64,000 nt of DNA, from assembly GCF_009914755.1 (NCBI RefSeq), contig NC_060947.1. One strand, 5' to 3'. Shown here one piece after another: positions 43,122 to 56,179 of this stretch. The notes under the pieces are model-generated. The model saw only the letters and a program-made list of their open reading frames with translations, searched no databases and was not told the origin of the DNA. Position 1 is the first letter of the stretch, and each line of letters starts with the position of its first letter. The position numbers and the translations under genes are program-made. The DNA is from the human T2T-CHM13v2.0 reference genome, Homo sapiens.

Positions 43122-44819
43122 CAGGTTCAGTTGATTTTTGACATAGGTGCCAAGAATGCGGAAATGACAGTTTCTTTAATAAATAGTGTTGGGAAAACTG
43201 GATATTCACAGGCAGAAGGATGAAAATGGACCTTTACCTCACCCTTTATACAAGAATCAACTCGAAATGGGTTAAAGACTTAAATGTAAGGACCAAAACT
43301 GTAAGATTACTAGAAGAAAACACGGGGAAATCTTCTTGACATTGGTCTGGGCAGTGATTTCCTGGGTATAGCCCCAAAAGCACGGGAAACAAAAGCAAAA
43401 ATAGACAAATGGGATTACACCAAACTAAAAAGCTTCTGCATAGTTAACGAAACAATTAACACAGTGAAGAGACAACGGGCAGATTGGGAGAAAATATTTG
43501 CAAATCATACATTGGTTAAGGGGCTAATATTCAAAATCTATGAGGAACTCAAACTACTCAATAAGAAGAAAACAAATAACCTCATTTAAAAATGGTCAAA
43601 GGACCTGAATAGACATTTTTCAAAAGAAAACATTCAAATGGCCGACAGGTATTTGAAAAAAATGCTCGACATCACTAATCATCAGAGAAATGCAAATTAA
43701 AACCACACTGAGATATCACTTCACACCTGTAAGAATGGCTATTATCAAGAAGATGAAAGGTAACAAGTGTTGGTGAGGATGTGGAGAAAAGGGAACCCTT
43801 GTACACTGTTGGTATTGTAAATTAATACAGCCATTTTGGAAAACAGTATGGAAGTTCTTCAAAAAACTAAAAATACTGATTTAATATACCCACTTCTGGG
43901 TATATATCCAAAGGATATGAAATAATTATGTCAAAGAGATGATAGTACTCCCATGTTTCTTGCAGCATTATTCACAATAGCCAAGACACAGAAACAACAG
44001 ACAAGTGGATTTTTAAAATGTGGTGTATATATACACAATGCAATGCTATTCAACCTTTAAAAAGCAGGAAATTCTGCCATCTGTGACAACATAGATGAAC
44101 CTAGAAGACATTGTGCTAAGTGAAATAAGCCAGGCACAGAGAGACAAATACCACATGATCTCACTGATATGTGGTATCTAAAAAAGTCGAACTTATAGAA
44201 CTAAGAGGCCGAGGGTGTGGAACAGGAAAGGTCAAAGGGTACAAAGTTTCAGTTAGGAGGAATAAGTTCTGGTGATCTATTGCACCTCATGGTAACTTCA
44301 TTAATAATAATGTTTATTTCACAATAGCTAAGAGAATGGATTTTAAATGTCACTGCAAAGAAATGATAAGTATTTGAGGTGATGGATTTGTTCATTAACA
44401 TGATTTGATCATTCCATAATGTATACATGTATCAGAAACACATTGTACTGCATAAATATATATAATTATTAACTGTCAATTAAAAATAAAAGGAAGGGCA
44501 GTCATGGTGGCTCACACCTGTGATCCCAGAACTTTAAGAGGCCGAAGTGGGAAAATTGTTTGAGCCTAGGAGTTCAAGACCAGCCTGGGAAACATAGCGA
44601 GACCTCATCGCTACAAAAAAATACAAAAATCAGCCAGGAGTGGTGGCACACACCTGTAGTCACAGCTACTCAGGAGGCTGAAGTGGGAAGATGGTTTGAG
44701 CCTCGATGGTGGAGGTTGCAGTGAGCCAATATGGTGGCACTGCACTCCAGTCTAGGTGACAGGGCAAGACTCTGTCTCAAAAAAAGAAAAAAAAAATTAA
44801 AATAAAATGAAACTTCAAA
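43122..44819 (+). mobile_element. 5'-truncated L1MA-like element with an AluJ (~44495-44795) in its tail
   Basis: ORF2 3' end and 3'UTR; TSD AACGTAGAGCCAC (43109-43121) / AACATAGAGCCAC (44820-44832). Confidence 0.85.
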
Positions 44820-45452
44820 AACATAGAGCCACTAGAAAAGATGGTTCCTGTGTTCCTCAGGTGTTTTGGGTTGTGGCTCTGAACCCAGGTGTGCTGCAGT
44901 GCCCTCTATCAGCCTGAGAATCAAGCCATTCATGGGGAAGAAGAGTCAAGAGAATCTCAAGGGAAAAGAAGTCAGAGTCTTCACAAAACCACAGCTGATC
45001 ACTGCCCTACCACTGGGCTCTTCCTTTATCTGGGCCCATAAACCTCCCATATTTTCGAACCCACTTGAAGATAGGTTTTCTAGTACACGCAACCATGCCT
45101 AATTTTTTTTCCACTTGCAAAATGGAGATAAAAGAAATGAAGACAAATGCCTTGAAAACTAAAAGAAAGCTTACTCTTTAACATTTGGGATAGTTATACC
45201 TACTTGAACCAAACCCAAATTTGGGACAGCTGCCTGGATATGTGGACAAGAGTACTACCAAGCAGGTCTGGCCTCCAGCGTTTTCCGAACCCATAATGGC
45301 TATGCTAATAAGCCAGACAGACAACAGCTCTGAAGGTGCAATTTTGGGAGGGGTGTGGTGGTATGGGTGTAGGATCCCAGCTGGAGGAACAGCTCAAGAT
45401 TTCTGAGCTGTGGTGAGGGACACCAGAAGGGTCCACACAAAATAGGCATCAA

Positions 45453-45774
<322 letters not shown>

Positions 45775-46119
45775 TCACTTCTAGTCAGTGCCTGGAATGC
45801 CACTAGAGCCCCTTGATTTAAAGTGGAGGAGGAACGTGATGAAAGTCATCCACCCCAGCATCTCACCGTGCATTGGTTCTTCAGTCCCTCGTAAGATTGG
45901 TGTAAAAGATTTGTGCAGAATGAGAGACCAATGAGGGGACCACGAAAAGGGTGGGGGCCCCCATGCCACTGAAGTGAGGGGAAGAGAAAGAGGTCCAGGA
46001 ACTTTGAGGGCATTGGAGACAAACTGCTGAATCACACTTTTGCCAATGGCAGAAAAACTTGGCTGATTCAGTTTTGCCAAGAGGAGGTCAGGTATGTTAT
46101 ATCTAGGAAATGTATCAAT

Positions 46120-46410
46120 AGACTTGACGTATCCCAGGCACTGTTCTGAGTGCCCTACAAACAATTACTTATTTAATTCCCTCAGCAACTCTGTGAAGTA
46201 GGTATTCTTGTTGCAGATTACGAAACTGATCTGCAACAAGATCTGCAAGAAGAGACACTCGCCCAAGGTCACACAGTTAGAAATTGAGGCACAGAGAGGT
46301 TAGCAAACTTGTCCGTGGTCACACAGCTGGTAAGTGGCAGATTCAGTATTTGAATGCAGACTTTGCTGGTAGGGCCTATGTTCCTAACCACCATGCTCTG
46401 CTGCCTCTGC
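46120..46410 (-). mobile_element. MIR (core partly duplicated)
   Basis: CCAAGGTCACACAG-like core twice; GAAATTGAGGCACAGAGAGGTTA. Confidence 0.75.
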
Positions 46411-47274
46411 TACCAGCTTTCAGTTTCTTTGCAGACTTGCTGTGAAATGTATCCTGGTGGGGCTGTTCCTCTCTGCATGACGGTTCACTCTAGAGCCTTG
46501 GTGAAGTCAGAGCAGATCTAAGTATATGTGGTAGCTGAAGGTGTTTTTTTCTGCCAGGCCTGGCCCTCACTCCTGGGACCTTGGGTTGCCGCAAACGCTG
46601 TCGTTTTCATCCAGCCTGATGAACCAGCCATAACGTTGGGCTTGTTAAAAATGCAGCTGATCATGAAGGACTCCGGCCAACTGTTTCCCTCTTTGCCCAA
46701 GCTTCCTGATCATTCCAGGCCTCTGCCCATCACACACCCTCCTTCTTAAATACTATCATCAGTGTTGGGGTCGTTAGGGAGAAAACCGATGAAGAGGAAA
46801 TGATTATGAAAGTTACATCTGCTGTTCAGGCAGCTGTTCTCTTTCCTCATTAGGAGAATCAATCATTTTTCAAACATCATTTTTGTTACTAGGAAAAGGC
46901 TCCATTTATTCTAAGACTAAAGAGCAGGAATGAGGGAATTAAATCCCACAGGTCTTTAGCTAGTAGGATTTTTTTTTTTAATATTCTGTCCTCACCAATG
47001 ACCTAATTAAGCTTTCAGAGAATGATAAACTCTCCACTCCTCTGTCTCATTTCCATCTGTGCATGTACAAATCAGGAGTTACTGGCCTCCCTCTCGGCCT
47101 TTCTCTTCCTTCTCGTCTTCATAGATTAAGGCCAGCTTTCTCTTTCTGTGAGGGCTTCTTGGAAATGTGTCTTCATCTCTGAAACCGTACAGCCAAGCCT
47201 CAGATGGTCATGGAGGCACTCCGTCATATTTCTATGGAACCACAGAGGCCAAGGGCAAGAAAATCACCCCTCAT

Positions 47275-47510
47275 AATGATTATGAGTCTTAACCATGGGG
47301 GCAGACTGCCCAGGTTCAAAGAGCAATTTTGCCCCTTACTAGCTATTTGACCTTGGGTACATGACTTAGCCTCTTTGTGCCTCGGTATCCTCGTCTGTCA
47401 AATGGAGAATACCTGACTCACAAGGTTGTAGTGAGAATTAAGTTAATTAACAGTATATGTAAAGCACTTAACAGTGAGTGCCTGGCACACAGTAAACGCA
47501 AAATTATGAT
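47275..47510 (+). mobile_element. MIR
   Basis: TGACCTTGGGTACATGACTTAGCCTCTTTGTGCCTCGG...CTGTCAAATGG...GTAAAGCACTTA. Confidence 0.8.
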
Positions 47511-48455
47511 CATCGCTGCTGCTGCCATTGCTATTTTCTAGTTCACTACCTCTGATGCTTGTGTGCCCTCTTAAACATCTTTCTCTACAAACCCCCAAGG
47601 TTGGTTCAGCCTTCTCCATTGCTGTGTCCTGGCTGTTGAGAGCTTTGGGGGAAAATCAAGCAAGCGTGTGGATTGCAAATTCATGGATTGCAAATGGTAT
47701 CCAATCTAAGCCTGCTCCTCTGAGACTCTGTTGTGTGTCCCTCCTGGTATCAGTCAGAGACCAGACAGAAAGAGAGAGTGCAGCAGTTGTTTCACCAGAA
47801 ATGAGCAGGGCATTTGAGGCTAGCTTGCTTAAAGTGTGTTGGAGGACTAAAAAGGTAGACCAAGGGGATGCTGAGATGCCACAGAGTTAGGAGCTTTAGA
47901 GACCAGTGACTGCCTCTGGGATCTGGGGAAAAAAAGAGAGGAGGTGGGGATTATCAGAACCTAAAAGCCTGGAGGAGGTACCCTATAGGTCTCTAACCCA
48001 GATCCCTGAGGACGGGATGCCACCCAGGTTGTGCTGGTATCTCTGAGGAGTCACAATGAGGTTGGTTCTTGGAATGTTGGGGAAACTGCCAACCGGGAAC
48101 AAATTACCACTGCTGGGATAGCGCTCACAGCAACAGGAAATAGACACAAAGCCACAGGGAGCAAACAGGAAGGAGCATCAACCTGTTCTGGGTACCATAG
48201 CCAGACGGATGTTTCTAGAAAGCAAATGCAGCTGGGTCACAGCTCTTCGTAAAGCCCTCCTGTGGTTCTCTATGCATCTTGAGGTGGAGTCTGGAGTGCA
48301 GCTTGGCAGACAGGCCCTCCCTGAGGTGACTGTGACACTGGCCCACCTGCCAGCACTTTTGCCACATTCAACACTCTCTTCCTTGCCACTCTCATGTGCC
48401 AGCTATGTTGAACTTATTGCATTCTTCCAAATGTTCTGTGCCTCGTTCCTACTGG

Positions 48456-48587
48456 GAAAGTTCTTCTCTATGAAGTCTTTGTTGATCACCCAAGCAGGCA
48501 GTCCTAACACTGTCTGGCATGGTTGATGTCTCGCATAAACGCCGGAAGAGCTTTGTTGAAAGCTCTTCTCTATGAAGTCTTTGTTGA
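48456..48587 (+). repeat. 30-bp direct repeat flanking a 52-bp copy of 49676-49727
   Basis: GAAAG(T/C)TCTTCTCTATGAAGTCTTTGTTGA at 48456-48485 and 48558-48587; insert 48492-48543 matches 49676-49727 at 49/52. Confidence 0.93.
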
Positions 48588-48629
48588 CTAATCCTCTCCT
48601 TGTCCCCCCACTGTAAAGTCAACACACTT

Positions 48630-49112
48630 CTTTTAGCAGATACTGCTGGCACCCTACCCTCATTTTCTTGGAATTCACCTCTACAGGGAAGGCAGCTTGC
48701 TATGAACATCCGTGGCTCCACCTGGGGGCTTGACATCTGCTCACTAGAGCACATTTGGCCCAAGTAGGGGCCCAACTGTACATGCTAGGGAGTTAATGCC
48801 CCTTGAGGCAGCCTTCAAACAATGAAGACGGATCTGATGGATAACCACTCCAGCTTTGTGACCCCTGGTGGGGACAACTCTGAGGCTCGTTTTTACAGTG
48901 TCTCCCAGAAGTTACCGGGAAGGACTGAAATACCCAGTTGCTTATAGTAGTAGCTAGCTTAAAGTGTACCCCTGACCAACTTTCTTCTGTTCCCTGCCTC
49001 AACCCCCTGATTTCTTTAACCAGTGCTTCCTGGGATCACCTTCCAAATAATAAACTACTTGCATTCAAACTCTTGTTGCAGGGCCTGCTTTGGGAGAAAC
49101 CCAAACTAAAAC
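48630..49112 (+). mobile_element. LTR16-like ERVL LTR
   Basis: GGGACAACTCTGAGG...TTCCTGGGATCACCTTCCAAATAATAAACTACTTGCA...CCCAAACTAA. Confidence 0.7.
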
Positions 49113-49963
49113 CCTTCTCTCATAGGTCGTTACATAGTGCTATACCTATTTATTTAAAGGTCCCTGTCATGCTCAGCACTCTCAATTCTGCAGGCCAGGA
49201 CTTTGTCTCATTCTTCTATGTATCTGCAAATTATAAGATAGTGCCTGGTACACAGTGTGCCCACAAGCCATGCTTATTAACTGAAGGGAGAGATTTGAAA
49301 ACCAAAGTAGTGCCATTGTAGTGAGTGATGTGTGATGAGCATGAATGATTGGAGGAGGCTAGCAAGGGGCTTTGAGATTATAATCGAGAGTTTTGGAGGT
49401 AAGGCTGCTTGGGCAGCTAAAGAAAGGGAGTAGAATTGCTACTTAACCATTCTGTTTCTTCCGCTGAAATTGGAAAGGCAGTAACAGAATTGTAGGCACA
49501 CATACACACTTCAAAATGTGAGGCATTTTGCTCCTGACACCATGTCCGCTAAGTCTGGCCCCCAGAGAAGCTGTCACTTCTGATTCAAAGAAGAGATCTC
49601 CCCTCTCCCTGTTCCAAGAGATTTTATGCCCAAGTCACATCATGGTGGCAGCCCTTTCACTGTGAGAAGCTCAGAAAGCAGGCAGTCCTAACACTGTCTG
49701 GCATGGCTGATGTCTCGCTTAAAGGCCATCTGCTCCCTATCTAACCAGTACCAATCATGATGGAAATACTCCTTCCCATTGAATTCTTCCTCTGACTGTG
49801 ACTGATCATAAATAGGAGCCTTGCCGCGACGCCCAGGAGTGTCCTGATTCTCTTCTGATTGCCAGTGTTAGAAATAAGATCTTCCACATACCAGAGACAT
49901 CTCAGCTTCCTGCCCAGGGAGGCTCTTGTGCAGCCCCAGGGCTGGGTCCTATCATGTAAGTTA

Positions 49964-50316
<353 letters not shown>

Positions 50317-50429
50317 AACCAGTTTCCTCCCATATGCCCTCCTCCCTGGAAAGCTTGGAGAGCCTCTAAATCAAGGCATTTCACATCTCCTTCCAAAACT
50401 ATAGCTACTAGAGAAGACCTCTAAATTAC

Positions 50430-51140
50430 TATTATTTCATTATCTAACATTTTTGAGTACCTATAAGGTGCTAGTACCACTTACAAAGCTCTGTGCTAGA
50501 TATTTCACATGTAATAGCTCATTCAACCCTCAAAACAACTCCATAAGGAAGGTACTTGGATTCATATCATGTAACAGCAGGGGAAGCAGAGAGGGTGCCT
50601 GACTTGCTTAAAGGCAATCTTTCCAACCCCCAAGACTGTGAACTTTATCACAGTACTATACTGACATTATTTCAGACTTCATACAGTAGGGTTTTAGTTC
50701 TGGAGGGACCACAGAGATTCACTGGAATCTGACCCCCTTCTGAGGTGCTCTACCTTGGTAATTGAAGGCATGGTCTTAGCAGTCAGACTGACCTGAGTAG
50801 GAGTTTCAGACCTTCCACTTGACTAGCTGTGTGATTATAGACAAGACGCTTAATCTCTTTAAACCTCGATCTCCCCATCTGTAAAATGGGATAATAATAG
50901 GTACATTGTGAGAACAAGGTTTCTGTGGAGAATAAATGAGATTCTGTATAAAAAGCTCTTAGCCTGTTGCTTGGCAAGTGTCTGTTAAATATGGCTAGCA
51001 TTTACATAGCACTGGCTATATTCCAGATACTATTCTAAGTGCTCATCATGTATTGTATTGAGTTTGTTTTAATTTCCACAACTACCTCATTAAGTAGCTG
51101 CTATTAAAATCCTCACTTTACAAATGAAGAAACTGAGGCG
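50430..51140. mobile_element. Cluster of three MIR copies
   Basis: CATCTGTAAAATGGGATAATAATAG (+) and TTTACAAATGAAGAAACTGAGGC (-) cores. Confidence 0.7.
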
Positions 51141-52022
51141 CATGTTAGACACCAAGCCACAGATCCAGGAAGCTTCAAGAACACCAAGCGGGATAAATAC
51201 CAAAAAACAACAACTAGGCATTTCATTTTCAAACTTCCAAAAATCAAACATAAAGAAAAAATCTTGAAAGAAGCCAGAGGGGTAGGGGTGTGGGAGGAAC
51301 CTTACCTATATAGGAGAAAACATAAGAATTACATCTGACTTCTCCTCAGAAACCATGCAACCAATAAGAAAAATGGCATGAAATGTTTAAAGTATTGAGA
51401 AAAAAAAGTTCACCAAACTAGAATTCTGTACCCTGTGAAATTATCCTTCACTAATGAAGGAGAAATAGACTTTCTCAGACGCACAGAAATTGAGGGAATT
51501 TGTTACCAGTAGGCCTGCCGTGCAAGAAATGTTAAAAGAAGTTCTTCAGAGAAAAGGGAAATAATACAGGTCAGAAACTTGGACCCACATAAAAAAAGGA
51601 AGACTATTGGAGAAGAAATAAGTGAAAATACAATAAAAATTTTAATTTTTCTTATCCTTAATTGATCTAACAGATAACAGTTTCCTCAGAATAAGAATAT
51701 CAACAATGTATTCAATTATATACGTTTATGTCTGTGTGTGTTTATATATGCTATGTATAAGTAAAATGAATAATAGCAAAGATACAAGGGGTAAGAGGGA
51801 AGAGTTAAGATTGTTATGTTATTAGAAGGCACCTGCACTATCGGAGTAGTTGTAAATGTATATTGCAAACGCTAGGGCAACCAACTAAAAAAAAATTTTT
51901 AAGAAGTATGGCAGGTATGCTAATAAAGGAGAGAAAATTGAGTCACATAAAATGCTCATTAAAAAACAACAAAATACAGAAGAAGAGTGGGAGACAAAAA
52001 AGAACAAAGAACAAGGGCAACA

Positions 52023-52153
52023 TCACAGCACAAAAAAAAATATGTGGGGCAATGCATGTTAATTAGCTCAATTTAGCCATTTCATGATGTATACATATTT
52101 CAAAACAATGTGTTATAAATTATATATATACAATTTGTATTTGTCAAGTAAAT
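52023..52153 (+). mobile_element. Tiny L1MA-like 3' end insertion
   Basis: Perfect 16-bp TSD AAGAACAAGGGCAACA (52007-52022 / 52154-52169); GTTAATTAGCTCAATTTAGCCATTTC. Confidence 0.85.
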
Positions 52154-53921
52154 AAGAACAAGGGCAACAAATAGGAAATAGTAATAAATATGGTAAAACT
52201 TAATCTGACTGTATCAATAATCACTCTGAACATTAATGTTGTAAGTGCACCAATTAAAACACAGAGATAGCCAGACCTGATCAAAAAGGAAGACCCAACT
52301 CTATGTTGTCCGCAAGAAACACACTTCAAATATAAAGACATAAGTAGATTTAAAATAAAGGGATGGAGAAAGAAACACCATGCTAGCACTAATCAAAAGA
52401 AAACAAGAGTAGCTATATTAATTTCAGACAGAGAAAGCTTCAGAGCAAAATAAGTTATCAGGGATAAAGAGAGGCATTCAAAATGATAAAGGGGTTGATA
52501 CTCCAAAATGACATAACAATTCTTAATGTGTGTGCACCTAACAACAGAGAGTCAAAATATATGAGGCAAAAACTGATAAGACAGCAAGGAGAAATAGATA
52601 AATCCACTATTATAGTTGAAATCTTCAACACCCCTCTATCAGAAATGGACAGATCCAGCAGGCAGAAAATCGGTAAGGACATAGTTGAATGAAACAACAC
52701 CATCAATCAACTGGATATAATTGATATCTATAGATTACTTTACCTGACAACAGCAGAGTATGTGTTCTTCTCAAGCTCACATGGAACATGGACCAAAATA
52801 GACCACTTTCTGAGGTACAAAACACACCTTAACAAATTTAAAAGAATAGAAACCATACAATGTCTGCCCTCAGACCACAATGGAATTAAACTAGAAATCA
52901 ATAGGGGAAAAATATCTGAAAAATCTCCAAATACTTGGAAATTAGATGACACATTTCTAAATAATACATGGGTCAAAGAAGAAATCTCAAGAGAATTTTT
53001 TTTTAATTTGAAGTAAATGAAAATAAAAATACAACTTATCAAAATATGTTCAGTACAGAATTTGGCAAAAGCAATATTTAAAGGGAATTGTGTAGCATTG
53101 AATGCATATATTAGAAAAAAAGAACTAAAATTAGTAATCCAAGCTTCCACCTTACAAACCCAGAAGAGCGAATTAAATCCAAAGTAAGCAGATGAAAATA
53201 AATAATAAAAATTAGAGTAAAAATCAGTGCAATCAGAAACAGAAAATCAATGAAGAAAATAAACAAAACCAAAAGCTGGATTTTTTAAAAAGATCAATAA
53301 AATCAATAAACTTCTAACCTGGCTAACTAAGAAAAAAAATAGTAGATGCAAGTCACTAATATCAGAAGTGAGAGAGGGGACATCTTTATAGACCCCAATG
53401 ACATTAAAAGAATAATAAGGGAACATTATGAATAACTCTATACCCACAAATTTGATAACCTAGATGAAATGGACCAATTCTTGGAAAAACACAATCTAAC
53501 AAAATTCACATAAGAAAAATAGACAATCTGAATAGGCCTGTATCTATTACAGAAATCAAATTGATAATTAGTAACCTTCCTAAGCCGAAAGGCCCAGATG
53601 GATTCATCTGTGAATTCTACCAACCATTTAAGAAAGAAATTGCACCCATCCTCTACAATTTCTTTCAGAATATAGAAGCAGATGGACTACTTCCTAACTC
53701 ATTCTATGAAGTCAGCATCACCCTAATACCAAAGCCAGCTAAAGAAATTGAAAAATGTATATATAGACCAATATCTCTCATAAACATAGATGCAAAAATT
53801 CTTGACACAATATTAGCAAATCAAGTACAATAACGTATTTAAACAGTATACATCTCAACCAAATGGGATTTATCCCCCATATGCAAGGCTGGTTCAACAT
53901 TTAAAAATTCATCAATGTAAT

Positions 53922-54422
53922 TCAGTCCCAGTCTGAAGGCCTGAGAACCAGGGGAGCCAATTATGTAACCACCAGTCTCAGTCCAAGGGCCTGAGAACTG
54001 GGGTGCCACTGGCATAAGTCCCAGGGTCTGGAGCCCAAAGGCCCAAGAACCAGGACCTCCAATGTCTGAAGGCAGAAAAAGCTGGATATCCCAGCTTAAG
54101 AAGAGAGAGCAACTTTGCCCTTCCTCTGCGTTTTTGTTCTATTTCAGTCCTCAACAGATTGCATGATGCTCACCTACACTGGTGAAGGTAGGTCTTCTTT
54201 GCTAGACTATTGATTCAAATGCTAATCTCTTCCAGAAACACCCTCACGGACACACCCAGAAATAATGTTTTCCCAGCTATCTGGGCATCCCTTAGTATAA
54301 TCAAGTCGGCAAAACTGAAGCAAACCACCATGGCACGTGTATACCTATGTAACAAACCTGCACATTCTGCACATGTATCCCAGAACTTAAAGTATATTAA
54401 AAAAAAAAAACTAACCACCACA
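53922..54422 (-). mobile_element. MLT2 ERVL LTR (partial) containing a ~90-bp L1PA 3' tail (~54318-54410)
   Basis: GAAGGCCTGAGAACCAGG...AAATGCTAATCTCTTCCAGAAACACCCTCAC; insert CATGGCACGTGTATACCTATGTAACAAACCTGCAC...poly(A). Confidence 0.8.
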
Positions 54423-55207
54423 GACTATTATCCAAAATAAACAAAAAACCTTTAAAACTCAATAAGAAAATAAAAAACCCAATTAGAAAATGGACAAAAG
54501 ACTTGAAAAGACACCTCTTCAAAGAAGATATACAGATGGCAAGTAAAGAATTGAAAAGATGTTCAAGATCATATGTCATTGGGGAATTGCAAATTAAAGC
54601 AATGACATATCACCACAAACCTAGCAGAATGGCCCTAATCCAAAACACTCAGAACTCTAAATGTTGGCAAGAATGTGGAGCCACAGGAACTCTCATTCAT
54701 TGCTGGTAGGAATGCAAAATGGTACAGCCACTTTGGAAGGCAGTTTGGTAGTGTCTTACAAAATTAAACATACTCTTATCATAAAATCCAGCAATCACAT
54801 TACTTGGTATTTACCCAAATGAACTGAAAACATATCCACATAAAACCCTGCACATGGATGTTTATAGTAGATTTACTTATATTTGCCAAAACTTGAAAAC
54901 AGCCAAGATGTCCTTCAGTAAGTGAATGGATGAATAAACTATGGTACATCCAGATATTGGACTTTATTCAGTACTGAAAAGAAAGGAGCTATCAAGCCAT
55001 AAAAAGACATGGAGGAAACTTAAATGCGTATTACTAAGTGAAAGAAGTCAATACAAAAAGCCTACATACTGTATGGTTCCAACTGTATGACATTCTTGAA
55101 AAGGTAAAACTATGGAGACAGTAAAAAAAGATCAGTGATTGCCAGGGATTGTGTGGAGTGAGGGATGAATAGATTAAGCACAGATAATTTTTAGGGCAGT
55201 GGAACTG

Positions 55208-56179
55208 CAGGCATACCTCGTTTTATTGCAGTTTGCTTTATGTGATTTGCAGATGTTGCATTTTTCACAAATTGAAGGTTTTGCCAACAACATGTGCTCA
55301 CTTTGTGTCTCTGTGTCACATTTTGGGAATTCTTGCAATATTTCAAACTTTTCCATTATTATTATATCTGCTTTGGTGATCTGTGATCAATGACCTTTAT
55401 TGCTACTGTTGTAATGATTTTTGGGTCACCAAACCACACCCATATGAGACAGCAAACTTAATTGATAAATATCATATGTTCGGACTGCTGGCCAGCCATT
55501 CCCCTGTCTCTCTCCTTCTCCTCAGGCCTTCCTATTCCCTTAGACAAAACAATATTGAAATTAGGCCAATTAATAACCTTACAATGGCCTCTAAGTGTTC
55601 AAGTGAAATGAAGAGTTGCACATCTCTCACTTTAAATCAAAAGCTAGAAATGATTAAGCTTAGTGAAGAAAATATATCAAAAGCCAAGACAGGCTAAAAG
55701 TTAGGCCTCTTGCACCAACCAGTTGGCCAAGCTGTGAATGCAAAGGAAAAGTTCTTGAAGGAAATTAGTCTACTCCAGTGAACACATGAATGACAAGAAA
55801 GCAAAACAGCCTCATCTCTGAAATGGAGAAAGTTGGAGTGGTCTGGATAGAAGATCAAACCAGCCACAACATTCCTTTAAGCCAAAGCCTAATCCAGAGT
55901 AAGGCCCTCAACATGCAGGCAAGACCCTCCACCAGCAAAAAGATGATGACTCGCCAAAGGCTCAAATAATGGTTGGCAATGAAGTATTTTTTAATTAAGG
56001 TACATACATTGCTCTTTTAGACACAATGCTATTGCACGCATAATTGACTACAGTATAGTGTAAACATAACTTTTATATGCACTGGAACACCAAAAAATGC
56101 ATGTGACTCACTTTATTGCAATATTCACATTATTGTGGTGGTCTGGAACCAAATCCACAATATCTCTGAGGCATGCCTG
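55208..56179 (+). mobile_element. Tigger1 DNA transposon, internally deleted
   Basis: TIRs CAGGCATACCTC / GAGGCATGCCTG followed by TA; transposase N-terminus MASKCSSEMKSCTSLTLNQKLEMIKLSEE. Confidence 0.92.

Noticed and set aside
48456-48587. CRISPR-like repeat-spacer-repeat unit
   Set aside because: Only two repeats, primate DNA, no cas genes, and the spacer comes from 1.2 kb away; repair-templated insertion explains it better.
55383-55697. Domesticated Tigger/CENP-B-like gene
   Set aside because: Only a short transposase N-terminus followed by a stop, in an internally deleted Tigger1.
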